This document shows positions 26,843 to 37,001 of a DNA stretch of 64,000 bases, one piece after another. Under the pieces are notes generated by a model. It was given only the letters and a program-made list of their open reading frames with translations, did no database searches and had not been told where the DNA came from. The DNA is taken from the NCBI GenBank assembly GCA_013265495.1, contig MU057781.1, forward strand, positions 498,001 through 562,000. The letters run 5' to 3'. Numbering within the stretch: the stretch's first letter is position 1; every line of letters starts with the position of its first letter. This DNA comes from Vicugna vicugna. Taxonomy: Eukaryota. The translations under genes were made by a program, and so were the position numbers.

Positions 26843-27606
26843 GTACACGCCAGGTTTTCTTTGCGTTGTCGGTGCTTTTCATAAATTAATTAGTAATCAC
26901 ACTCATGTCAGCTGTTTGTAGAATCTGTTAAGTTCAAATACTGTGAAATCTGCCTTCTGATCTGGGAGGTTATTTGCATTTGATGTGTGCTTGTTAATGA
27001 AGCCTGAGTCCCCGGATTCTCACAAAAGAGAACGTCAGTCACGTTGCTGTCAGAAGACATGATGATACTAAAAAGACTCAGGCTTAATTCCACAGCAGAT
27101 CTTTCTAAACGTACCAGCTGCCTTAAAGGTTCAGAGTAGCACGTCGGCAGGGTTGAAGTCCAGACGGGACTCAGATCACTTCTCTGGAGGAAGTAGCATA
27201 GGTTGGTTGAAAAAAAGGCAAGTTTGGATGTTTCGGGGTTCCTTGCCTGTCAGGCCAAGAGCATCGTCACTGCCTTTTTGAATTCCTCACTCCCTTTTCG
27301 GTGCCCCGACAAACAGATGAGGTGACCAGGTTTTATCCGTTCTAATACCTAGATTTTTTTCACACTTTAACACCTATGAAACTCAGTAAAACTTAAAATC
27401 TAGTGTCTTGTAATTGGCCTAGTGTTGCTGTGGTGTCTTTAGTAAAATGAAATATGTGAAGGAGGTTAAACAAGCTTGCACCCTGCCAGATGCGCCGCAG
27501 GGACACCAGGAGAGCTGCCCCGCCCAGGCAGGCCAGCCGCAGGTGACCTGCACCAGCGTCACTTCAGAGGTGCTCCCTGAACCAGCTACCTGGTTCACTT
27601 GAAAAC

Positions 27607-27637
27607 GGTTGGCTGGTTGGTTGGTTGGTTGGTTGGT
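27607..27637 (+). repeat. (GGTT)n microsatellite
   Basis: GGTTGGCTGGTTGGTTGGTTGGTTGGTTGGT read directly. Confidence 0.85.
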
Positions 27638-29696
27638 CAGTGCGGTTTAAAGACTTTGTTAAAGTATTGCTTCTCAAGTGAAGGCCGAGTTGGGAACACA
27701 TTCTGCGTTGTAGCTGCGGTATTGCAGAGGGGGCACCACTGCAGAAAGCTCCCCCATCCCTCGCCCCGCTGCGGTGGCCCTCGAGCTCTCCCGTGCTGGG
27801 GGCACGCAGGGGCTGTGGTGGTGGGTGCCCAGGACGGGTCGCAGCCCAGCAGTGAACGCAGTGCTGCCCACAGTTAGGAATTCCTAACAGTGGGATGGGC
27901 TGGGGCAGAGTCGCCATCAGACCTCATGGGCCAGTCATGTCCCCATATTCCTGGGAATTTGAGGCCAAGAGAGCTGTGTAATTTGCTCACACCTGAACCC
28001 TAACTTAGACCCTGATGTTCTGGTCAGACGGTGGTGGTGTCCGTACGCCACGCTAATGCTTCCGCATCCATGAAGTAGTGGTAGTTTGCAGATAAACCAC
28101 TGCAGGTGACAGTGACACTAGCTTTACAGTTACAGCATGTAAACTGCCCCACTGAACTGCAGGTGCGATAGAGCCATGGTGCTGGGGCCCGATGGGCTGG
28201 TCTGAGTCCTCTGCCTCCCAACCCGGCACACCCTCTGCAGGAGCCCCGAGCTCCCAGCCAGGCCTGCTCCCCATGCCGGGTGCACACGTGCCCAGGCCAG
28301 GAGGCCTCTAGGTCTTCAATGCGAGGCCCCTTTCCTGCCGCAGCCTCAACAGAGCCGGCCTAGAGGGTGGCCGGAGCAAAGCCCATGAGAGGCGGGGTGT
28401 CACCGTCGTCACAGGGCCATGGGCACGGCCACAGGCCGGCCTCTGCGTGGACTCTGCTTTGTGAGTTCATGGACTACTTTAAACTGTAAGAGGAAGACAG
28501 TTCTTGAAGGGGAACAGAAACTTTGCTGTCCTCTTAAATTCTTTTAGTGCCAGAAAAGGGATTTAATTGTAAGAAGGACTCTCTGTTGTCGATGTCACAG
28601 ACAGAATGTGTTTTAATTAGAGACTCGATAGAGGGTGTGGCAGGCTGATCTAGTCCTGGCGGAACCAGCACTCCCCACTCCAGACGATGCAGTTAACTGC
28701 TTCAAAATGAGGGGGGTGTTTCATACATATTTCCCCAAGTTCATTTTTACAGAATTTTGGCCCGAGAAGACTGAAGAGATTTCCTCCTGCCCTTTCTAGA
28801 TGCTCTTTCTTTTGGCTTTTAATTTAAAAAAATAACACTGTCACTAGTGTTTTGTTACGAGTGTGAATCTTCTGCCTTCCTTGCTGCCAGATGTCAGTTA
28901 GGTGGGCCTTTGTCCCTCCTTTCTCACATGTGACACTGCCACCCACGACGGTGTCCCCAGCTTTGGCCCCGTGTGTGCGGGGCCAGCCCCCTCCTCTCGC
29001 CCTTCACCGGGCTGGGCTCCTCTCCAGCCCGTCCACTTCTGTGCGGATGTCCCATTCCTGACCACAGCGCTCACCACAGATAGGGTTTGGGGGCCTTTTC
29101 TAAAAAACCTTTTATTGCGGTGTAATATACAAACCAAAACACCCCACCTCTGCCGTGTAAGTGAAAAACTCCACCCTGTTCACAGGCTGAACAGTGCCCA
29201 ATCAGCGAGGGCTCCTCGTGGCTCCCTGCCCCACCCCGGCCCCGAGCTCTCCTGCAGTCCCTGCACCCCCACCCCCACCCTGCCCTGCACACCCGGGGTG
29301 CTGGGGTGTGCACTGAGGTGCAGGCCTCACCGAGGGGTCGAGGAGCTCCTGCACCCTACTCTCACTCTGAGGCTGCAGGGAGAGAGGGAGGGCCTGAGTC
29401 TGTCCCCCAGGAAGGCTGGCCATGGCCACGTCACTAGGCGTCAGGGTCCGATGGCCACTTGAGCTTTTCTTCAGCACCAGTGCAGCCCCCATGGTCCAAG
29501 CAGCGGCTCAGGGCAGCCTGCCCCCCCCCCCCGCTGGTCTGCCTCCACAGCCCTGCTGAGCGCGTGCTTGGGTGTCGCCTGCACATACGCTTCCTCAGCT
29601 GTGAATGTAGACTTGCTCCTTGTTATCTTCTCTAAGTGTTCTTATTTTGTTCTGCTGGGGTCTTTGTTTTGAATTCCTATTTCCTTCCGTTTTTAG

Positions 29697-29867
29697 GTCC
29701 CAGTATTGAAGCCCATGGACCGTATGGCAGAAGCCAGTCCATGCCAAATTTTTACAAATGCTCACAGGTATTATACAAATTCCATTTCAGTCGTGATCAT
29801 GAAACATCTTTCTGCAGATGACCTGAGAATTAATCTGTGGCACTTAGAAGCACACACAGAAGCTTCA
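29697..29867 (+). pseudogene. PPP2R2D: PPP2R2D exon 6 remnant (171 nt, expected 178)
   Basis: [51 protein letters not shown]; -4 and -2 deletions replace NSDHETY, plus -1 near 29851; donor GTGCCCTT. Confidence 0.92.
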
Positions 29868-32047
29868 GTGCCCTTCGGCCGCGTGTGTCCAGGCCCTCCC
29901 TGGGGCCAGTCTTGGGGAGGCGCCCCCAGCTCGCTCTCCCCATAGCCCAGAGTCTCCCCTCTGGGTGAGGCTTGCCGCGTGGTAGCTGGCCTAACGCGCC
30001 CGTTCTTTGTGATTCAGAGTGTTTTTCCCTAAAAACAGAAACTTGTACCTTTGGGAGTAGTTCTCTGGTAGTGGCAACAGCCTCAACTCCTGCCTCCCCA
30101 GTTGAGTCACAGGCATTTTTAAACCCAACCCAAGAAGCGACTGACTGTGTGAGAACTCAGCTTCAGAAGACAGGCTGTTTAGTCTCTTAGTTGGCCTGAC
30201 GGTGCTGCTATTCGGAAGATGGAGGTGTGACTAGCGCTGGCTCACTGGGCATTTGGGAGTCACTGGTCCCTCCAGGAAACGAGGGAGCCCCACGACAGCC
30301 TGCCTCCCGGGCGGCGCCCTCCAGGCCTGCGCTGAGGCTGACGCGGAGCTTTACTCACGTGACTCTCGGGGGTTCCGGTGCTAGCGTTTCACACATAGCC
30401 TCTGTTACTGGTTGTCCTTCCACTGGTTCGGTGACTTACCTGACTTGTTCACTCGCTGTACCGAGAGGTGCGGAGGCCCTGTCCCACGGGCACCCGGAAG
30501 CGGCCGGGGCGTCCCACCCGGGGCCAGATGCTGGAGGTCACTACGCTCCCCACCCTGTACCCCTTCTCTCTTCAACTTTGCAGAAACCACGGCCCCTGCT
30601 TTCTCTTTATTTTCCTTAAACCCTCATATTTTTAATAATTCTTCTGCTAATATATGACAATTTTAAACAAAAATAATACAGAGGAAGGTTCTCTCCGCAG
30701 TCCCACCCTCCGGGGACAGCCAATGAGTGGTTGGATGCATCTTCCTCCAGGCTGTCTTTGTCTTTACAGACAGTGTAAGTTTTTGCAGCCACTAGGATTG
30801 TCCTCTACGGGGGACGCAGTATCCCTGCGGTAGGAGGGTCAGGAGGCCCAGGTTCAGCTCAGCGGCCGTACCATCGGGTCGCTGGGCATCTCCCAGCCTT
30901 TCTCTTCCTCTGTGAAGTTGCAGAACTAAAACGTGCCTCCTGGGTTACCATGAAAGCCGAGGCTGCGGAGGTCTTGGCAGCTACCTGGAGCATCGCCTGA
31001 GCCCCCGCCACCAGCCTCATTCTTTCTTAAAACATTCTGTGCATCTTCCTATCAGCAGGAATGCAGATTCATCACTTGCAGGCTTCGTTTTCTTTCCACT
31101 GTTGGAGCTGAGGTCACTTCCAGCCCAGGACGTGGACATGGTGCTGCAGCCGTGACTGTGTTCTCGCACCTTCGTGTGCTTGGTTAGCTGGGCGCGGCTG
31201 GGCGGGGTCTCCCCACAGTCTCTAAGAACTTGTTTTCAGCAGGACATTGGCTCTTTTAAAAAACAGCTTTCCAGTTCTGTGAAACCAGGACAGTTCTTAA
31301 TTTCTTTGCTTCTTGCTGAATTAGGGTATCTCCTATTAATTCGGTGTTCATTTTTGTGAAATCTTTTACCATCCGTTGTCATTTCTTCGTGTCGGAAGCT
31401 CACGTTTCTCTCAAGGTCTGTGAGGCTTGTTCGTGCGGCCACGCCTCCCCTGTTCTCCTTCCTGAGAGTTCTGCCCCGCCGCCGCGCTGCTGATGTCCTT
31501 CCTCGCGGCGGGGACCTTAAAGCCCAGAAGCCGTCGCGTGCTCCCTTGCGTCTGTTAGCACTCTTTGAGGTGTCTTGGACCCACTCCCCTGGGCGAGGTG
31601 GGGGTCCCACCACCTGCACCCTGACAGCCACCCCGTGTGTCTGGGATGTTCTGACTCCTCAGAACGAGCTCTTGTGTCCGATACTTACAAGAGCAGAATC
31701 TTGCAGTCTGGCGGTCTCCGTGCACGTCGCTGTGTTGGTGTGGGGCCGCTGTGCGGCTGGGCACCTGCTTGTTTTTCTTACTTCCATCTTTTAAAACGTG
31801 TTACCTTGCGTTTTTCATTGAACACCAGTCTTTTCATTAAAGTCTTCATTACATGCCAGCAGCAGCAGGATCGGCACTCGTGTCTATGGATGCAGCCCCG
31901 CCAGGCAGGCCAGGCACGTCGCTAAGTCTGGTCACCGCACTGACGTAGACCCTTTTCGTGGCCGCGCCTCCTTCCCACCTGATCTGGTAAATCCACTGTG
32001 TGCGCTGCCCCCTGCCTGCGATCCTGAGCCTTAGCCCAGCGCCCTAG

Positions 32048-32197
32048 ACATCACACCGGGGCATCACACCGGCTGACATGGAGGAGCTGGCGGAGGTGGT
32101 CACGGTGGCCGTGTTCCACCTGCGCCGCTGCTGCGTGCTGGGCTACAGCAGCAGCAGCAGAGGGGGACCGGCAGGCTGTGCAACCGCTGTTCCGAGT
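32048..32197 (+). pseudogene. PPP2R2D: PPP2R2D exon 7 remnant (150 nt, expected 165)
   Basis: CCCTAG|...PADMEELAEVVTVAVFHLRRCCVLGYSSSSRG...LC..SE|GTAAGT; +4, +3 and +2 insertions and a 24-nt deletion. Confidence 0.85.
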
Positions 32198-33777
32198 GTA
32201 AGTGCCCGGCAGGCTTAAACGCCTCCTTTAGGTCGTGTGGTCTCCAGTGCTAGACAGTGGTTCCCTGTGCTCTGCCTGGGCCCACCAGCACAGGCCCGGC
32301 CCTGTCTCCTGAGGCCCAGCGAGGCTCTGCCTGGTGCTGAACAGAGCGGGGCGCGAGGCCGAGCTGTCGTGGTGGCACCTTTGCACCCTGCCACGCTGCA
32401 TTGGGGCCTCTGCCAGGGCCGCAGGACACCCTTGGCCGTGACGTCTCGGTGGTGGAATGGGCTCCGCGCACAGAGGGCTTGCAGGATGGAAGCCCCTTCC
32501 CTCAGGTGAAAGGCCAGCACTTTGACCTGCTGGGCCGAAAAGTCCCTCCCAGGCGAGGAACGGACTGGTTTGGTTCCTATTTTTAGCCGTAGCGAACAGG
32601 CCCCGGTTTCTACTGGTTTTGTAGAAAATCAGTGGTCCGTGTGTCACGGACACGCATGTGCCGTGTGTGCTAGAAGCTTGGCCCCCGCATCCCAACACTG
32701 AGGTGGCACCGTCCTGGTGAGAGCGCCTGACTTCGTGTCCCCACAGGAGGCCTGTCCGGTGCCTCCCAGCGCAGCGCGGGCGGCCCCAGCGCTGCCACCG
32801 CGAGGCGTGCTTGACGGCTGGCTCTCGGTGACCTCTCTGCCGTATTCTGTCTCTCTGAGGCTGAAGTGCGTTTTAAAGAAGTCTGTACTTCTGGTAGAAT
32901 TCCCGCAAAGGAAAATGAGTCTTTTACAATGTTTGGCCTGTGTTTTCAAGGCAGCACTCTGGCGTAACCAGGTTTAGATTGCAGCGGTTGTTTTGTCAGC
33001 ACATTTATTTGAGTAAATGCTCGGTATTGCCACCAGCTCGCTTTAATTAACTTCAGATGCAGAGCCAGCAAACATAGGTTCCAACATTAAGAAAAAAATC
33101 AAAAGCAGCCGAAAATGAAAGGAGGTCCAGACCTCCTGGCCCAGAACTGACCGAGCCAAGAGCGCGGCAGAGCTGGGGCACTGGTGTCAGTACGCGGTGG
33201 GGGCCTCAGCGCAGGCGGCGGGCTGTCGAGTTACTGCTGCAAAGGCAAGGTTTGCCAAGGGAGCGTTTGGAATCTTCCCGGAAGCGGTAACTCGATTTTG
33301 TTAGCGTCCATCGTGACTGCTGAATAGCGAAGAAAACCCCTTCCCTGGCGGCTATGACAGACGAGCTGTCCTGGTGGTTCAAACCTGGACTGCGGCGTTC
33401 CCGGCTGCGGGTCCCTGAGCAGCTCCCGGCCTCGCTGGCCCCGAGCGCAGCTGCATCCTCACACGATGCCCTTCACGTCTTTCTGGGGCGGGACCTGGCA
33501 CCAGTTTGGCAGCAACAGCATCAGGTCAGTGGCCTCGCCAGATGTGGTCTGACGGTCGCAGGGAGCAGTCTGGTTCTGTCCAGGGCCTCGTCCGTGGAGA
33601 TGTTGGTTCCGAGCCGGGGCGAGCCGGGGGCCTGAGCTTCAGAACAAGTGGGGGCGGGAGCAGTGTCGGGGCCAAGCCCTCTGGTGTCTCGGGTTGGGGG
33701 GCCTGAGTCCTACCTGGACTTGAAAAGGATTTGTTCTCAGGTGTTTAAACAGAAGCTGAGAACGCTGTGTTTTCCAG

Positions 33778-33947
33778 TTTTTGAAGAGCCGGAAGACCCC
33801 AGCAGCAGGTCCTTCTCCTCAGAAAATATCTCCTCCGTCTCCGACGTGAAGTTCAGCCACAGTGGTCGGTACGTGCTGACCCAGGACTACCCGTCGGTGA
33901 AGGTGTGGGACCTCAACATGGAGAGCCGGCCCGTGGAGACCCACCAG
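33778..33947 (+). pseudogene. PPP2R2D: PPP2R2D exon 8 (170 nt), donor lost
   Basis: [68 protein letters not shown] (GT absent). Confidence 0.95.
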
Positions 33948-34016
33948 GGGAGGCCACGACGGGGCTGGCCCGCGCTGTGCCCACGACCACCCCGACCCTC
34001 CTGTGCTCCCCGTCAG

Positions 34017-34114
34017 GGTGCACCGGCACCTCCTACGCAGCGGCCGGCTGTGCTGCCTGCACGAGAACCACTGCATCTTCGACAAGTTCGGGGGCTGCGG
34101 AGCGGCTGCGACGG
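34017..34114 (+). pseudogene. PPP2R2D: PPP2R2D exon 9 remnant (98 nt, expected 92), donor lost
   Basis: GTCAG|[33 protein letters not shown]|GGGAGG, corresponding to [30 protein letters not shown]. Confidence 0.85.
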
Positions 34115-36726
34115 GGGAGGCCGCCGGGGCTGCGGGGGGCTGCGGGCTGACGGTGGGCACGTCCAGCGTCCGTCTGCCATGACGGCTTTGAGGGGACAGT
34201 GGGACATGTGGGCGGGTTGCTCAGCCCGCTAGTGGCCACCCTGTGCAAACGGCAGGCGCGGTGCGTGGTTTGCAGGGGCCGCATTCAAATGCTCAGTGGA
34301 TGATACGCTTTCATTTTTCACTATTTCCAACGTGAGTGACGTGGGAGTGAGCGGGGAAGCACCACGTACTGTGAGTGTGGAAGGGCCACGTTCCCGTTTG
34401 CCTTTGCTGTCGGGGAGCAGCGGAGGGAGACACCCTCGGCTGGCTGTCGCGCTTGGACAGAAGCGGAGGCGGCCGGCGGGAGCGTGGCCCCGACGCCGGG
34501 TATTCCCCGTGCACGTTCTTAGAGGTGCCGCTGAGACCGTGGTGCTTAGGGCTCTGTCTTCGGTGCCCCACGGAGAGCTCGTCCCCCGTGGTGGGGGCTC
34601 TCGCGTCGTCGGTCGGGTCTGCACAGCGTCGAGCCTGCCCGTCGTGTGGGCCACAGAGGCCTGGCCCCTGGCCGCGGGGTGGGGACGGACGTCCTGGCTC
34701 AGACACCAAGAACGTCGGATGTGGCACGTGCACCTCCTCACGCGCACAGCTGAGCTCACGGGAGCTAGGAGGGGCCCTCGGGGCTGTGGGAGAGGCATCC
34801 GTCCAACGTCCACACGGAGCCCGAGGGAAGCTTGTCTTCTGAGACTTGGGTTGGGCGGATAAAAGTCGTCTGGGATAAGACACCAGAGCCTGCCTCCCTC
34901 GCCTAGAAGTCTGACTTAGGGCAGGTGCGCCAGGCAGGCAGCTCTGGGCAACGCATGGAGGAACCCTTTCAGGTCCAGGCCTCTCCCGTTCTCAAGCTGG
35001 CGTGCCACCTAAGTGTCCCCTGGATGCTGGCTGAGGACACGGAGCCCCTGTCGTAGACGGGACTGCACTCCTCGCGGCACAGCACAGCAGCACGTGCGCC
35101 ACAGACACCCCATGGGCGGGCACGGGGGCCGGGCAGGGGCCACTCGAGGGGGTTGGTGCCAGGGCCACGCAGGCTGGGCCGGCAGCAGCCACAGCCGAGA
35201 CACGATGTGGCCCGGGTGCAGCCAGAAGCTTTCTGGTGATGTTCACTTGTTGATTCACTCTTGCCGACGTCCCCTGCCCCCCTGCCCGGGACGGCACTGC
35301 CGAACAGTTCCACTTTGTCCTGCTCTGGGTTGTATAAGCAGACGTGGACACGGCCACTTCCTTGCAAGTCCACTTCCCCTATGTTTGGCAGTGTTCCCAC
35401 CTGGGGAGCAGGGGACACCTGGCCAGGTGCTCAGGAAGCTTCTCACACTGAGTGGAGGAGCGGCCAGTGGGGACACCCCCTCCCTGGCACGTGTTGTCCG
35501 TCAGGAACTCTGAACTTGTAAAGTTGGTCGCTTTTATTTCTGTTGTGTATAGCCCTGTGGTCAATGTTGATAATAAAATACTCCATCCTGGGGAAAAAAA
35601 CCTTTTATCAGTCTCTGTTCTGAATAACTGTTGTGCTGGAGTTTTGAAAACACAGAGGTGAGCTGCGGGTCAGCACGTTTCTTCCTTGTCCTTCGATGGG
35701 CCTTGTGTTCCACACGGAAGCTGGCTGGGATGCGCGCTGGTGGCAGGCAGCCGTCCAGACCCGGCAGCGGGCCTCACGGGGTCCCCCGCACAGTTCCCAT
35801 CCACACCCCTGAGGTGCGGGTGCTCCAGGTTGAGACCGTGACGCCCGGAGCACCGCGAGTCATTTTTCTTTTCTGAGTTATCTTTTTTCCTGGCATGAAG
35901 TTGTAGATGAGATTGGTCAGACCCTGAAGGATCTGCACACAGCCGGGATCAGCCCTGCACCGTGCACGGAGCCCCAGGCCTCTCGGGGTGCCTGCCCGAA
36001 GGTCAGCTTTGACGAGGCCCGACGGCCGGGTGCCCCTGGGCCGGGGCGGGCGGCCGTGCAGGAGGGGCGCCGACTTCCCTGCCTGGTGGCCGCCAAGACA
36101 AAACCAGGCTGGCTGCGAAGCCGCGGCTCAGACCCAGCAGCGCTTGCCGTCGGGTGGCTGTGCTTTGCATCCTGTCCTGGGGCGTCGCGTGGGGCTGCGG
36201 CCAGACTCCACCGCGGAACGGCCCCGTTTCTCCACACTCGTCCCAGGGTTTAAGGCCTTCCCTAACTTTGTATACACCTGTTACTTCATGTGAAGAAACT
36301 TTTATAAATTAAAATAAATTTTAAAAGCTGTGGTCAACTCAGAGTGAAGGTGGCGGCAGGTCTCACTGGTGTCTGTTGAACACAGTGCGTGGCGCCCGAC
36401 TTGGGGTCCCGGACGGAGGGCAGGAGGTAAATAGACCGCTGGCCTCGACCAGACAGGTGACCGCGTCCAGGCTTTTACCTTCTTTGAAAACACACTAATG
36501 GTAATGAAAAGTATAGATCCGTTACTCTTCTGCTTTTTTATTCTGTGGTGTTTATTTTTATGGACATGATTATATACGAAATTCACTAGGAAATTCTCAC
36601 TGCCTGTCTCTCCTGACCGTTGTGGTTTTTCATTTATTTCTAAACCAACGGGCGGTGTGGTGTGCAGAGCTGGAGTGGGCAGGCCGCGGGCCTGGCGGCT
36701 GAGGCGTGCCTGCTTGTCCCGCGCAG

Positions 36727-37001
36727 CGCCGTCGTGACCGGCTCCTGCAACAGCTGCTTCAGGATGTCCGAGAGGAACACGCAGAGGGGCGTTCCGCTGG
36801 AAGCCTCCAGAGAGAACAGCAAGCCTCGGGCCAGCTTGAAACCTCTCAGTGTGTCCCCGCGGAAAGCGGAAGAAGGACGAGGTCAGTGTGCACAGCCTGG
36901 ACTTCATGAGGAAGGTCCTGCACACAGCCTGGCACCCGGCGGAGAATGTCGCTGTGGCCGCCACCAGTAACCTGTACGTATTCCAGGACAAGGCCAGCTG
37001 A
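36727..37001 (+). pseudogene. PPP2R2D: PPP2R2D last exon coding remnant (275 nt, expected 280)
   Basis: [45 protein letters not shown], a 2-nt deletion near 36848, then [53 protein letters not shown] (36999-37001). Confidence 0.92.

Larger units (their letters stand above)
7780..37001 (+). pseudogene. PPP2R2D: Disabled intron-containing PPP2R2D (PP2A regulatory subunit B55-delta), 10 exon remnants
   Basis: Exons translate to B55 sequence with the delta-type N-terminus (MAGAGGGGCPAG...CFSQVK) and lie tail-to-tail with BNIP3 as in human; multiple frameshifts and splice-site losses (see exon entries). Confidence 0.9.

Noticed and set aside
7780..37001. Processed (retro) pseudogene or functional PPP2R2D
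   Set aside because: Introns and promoter are present, so it is not processed; no splice path gives a full-length B55
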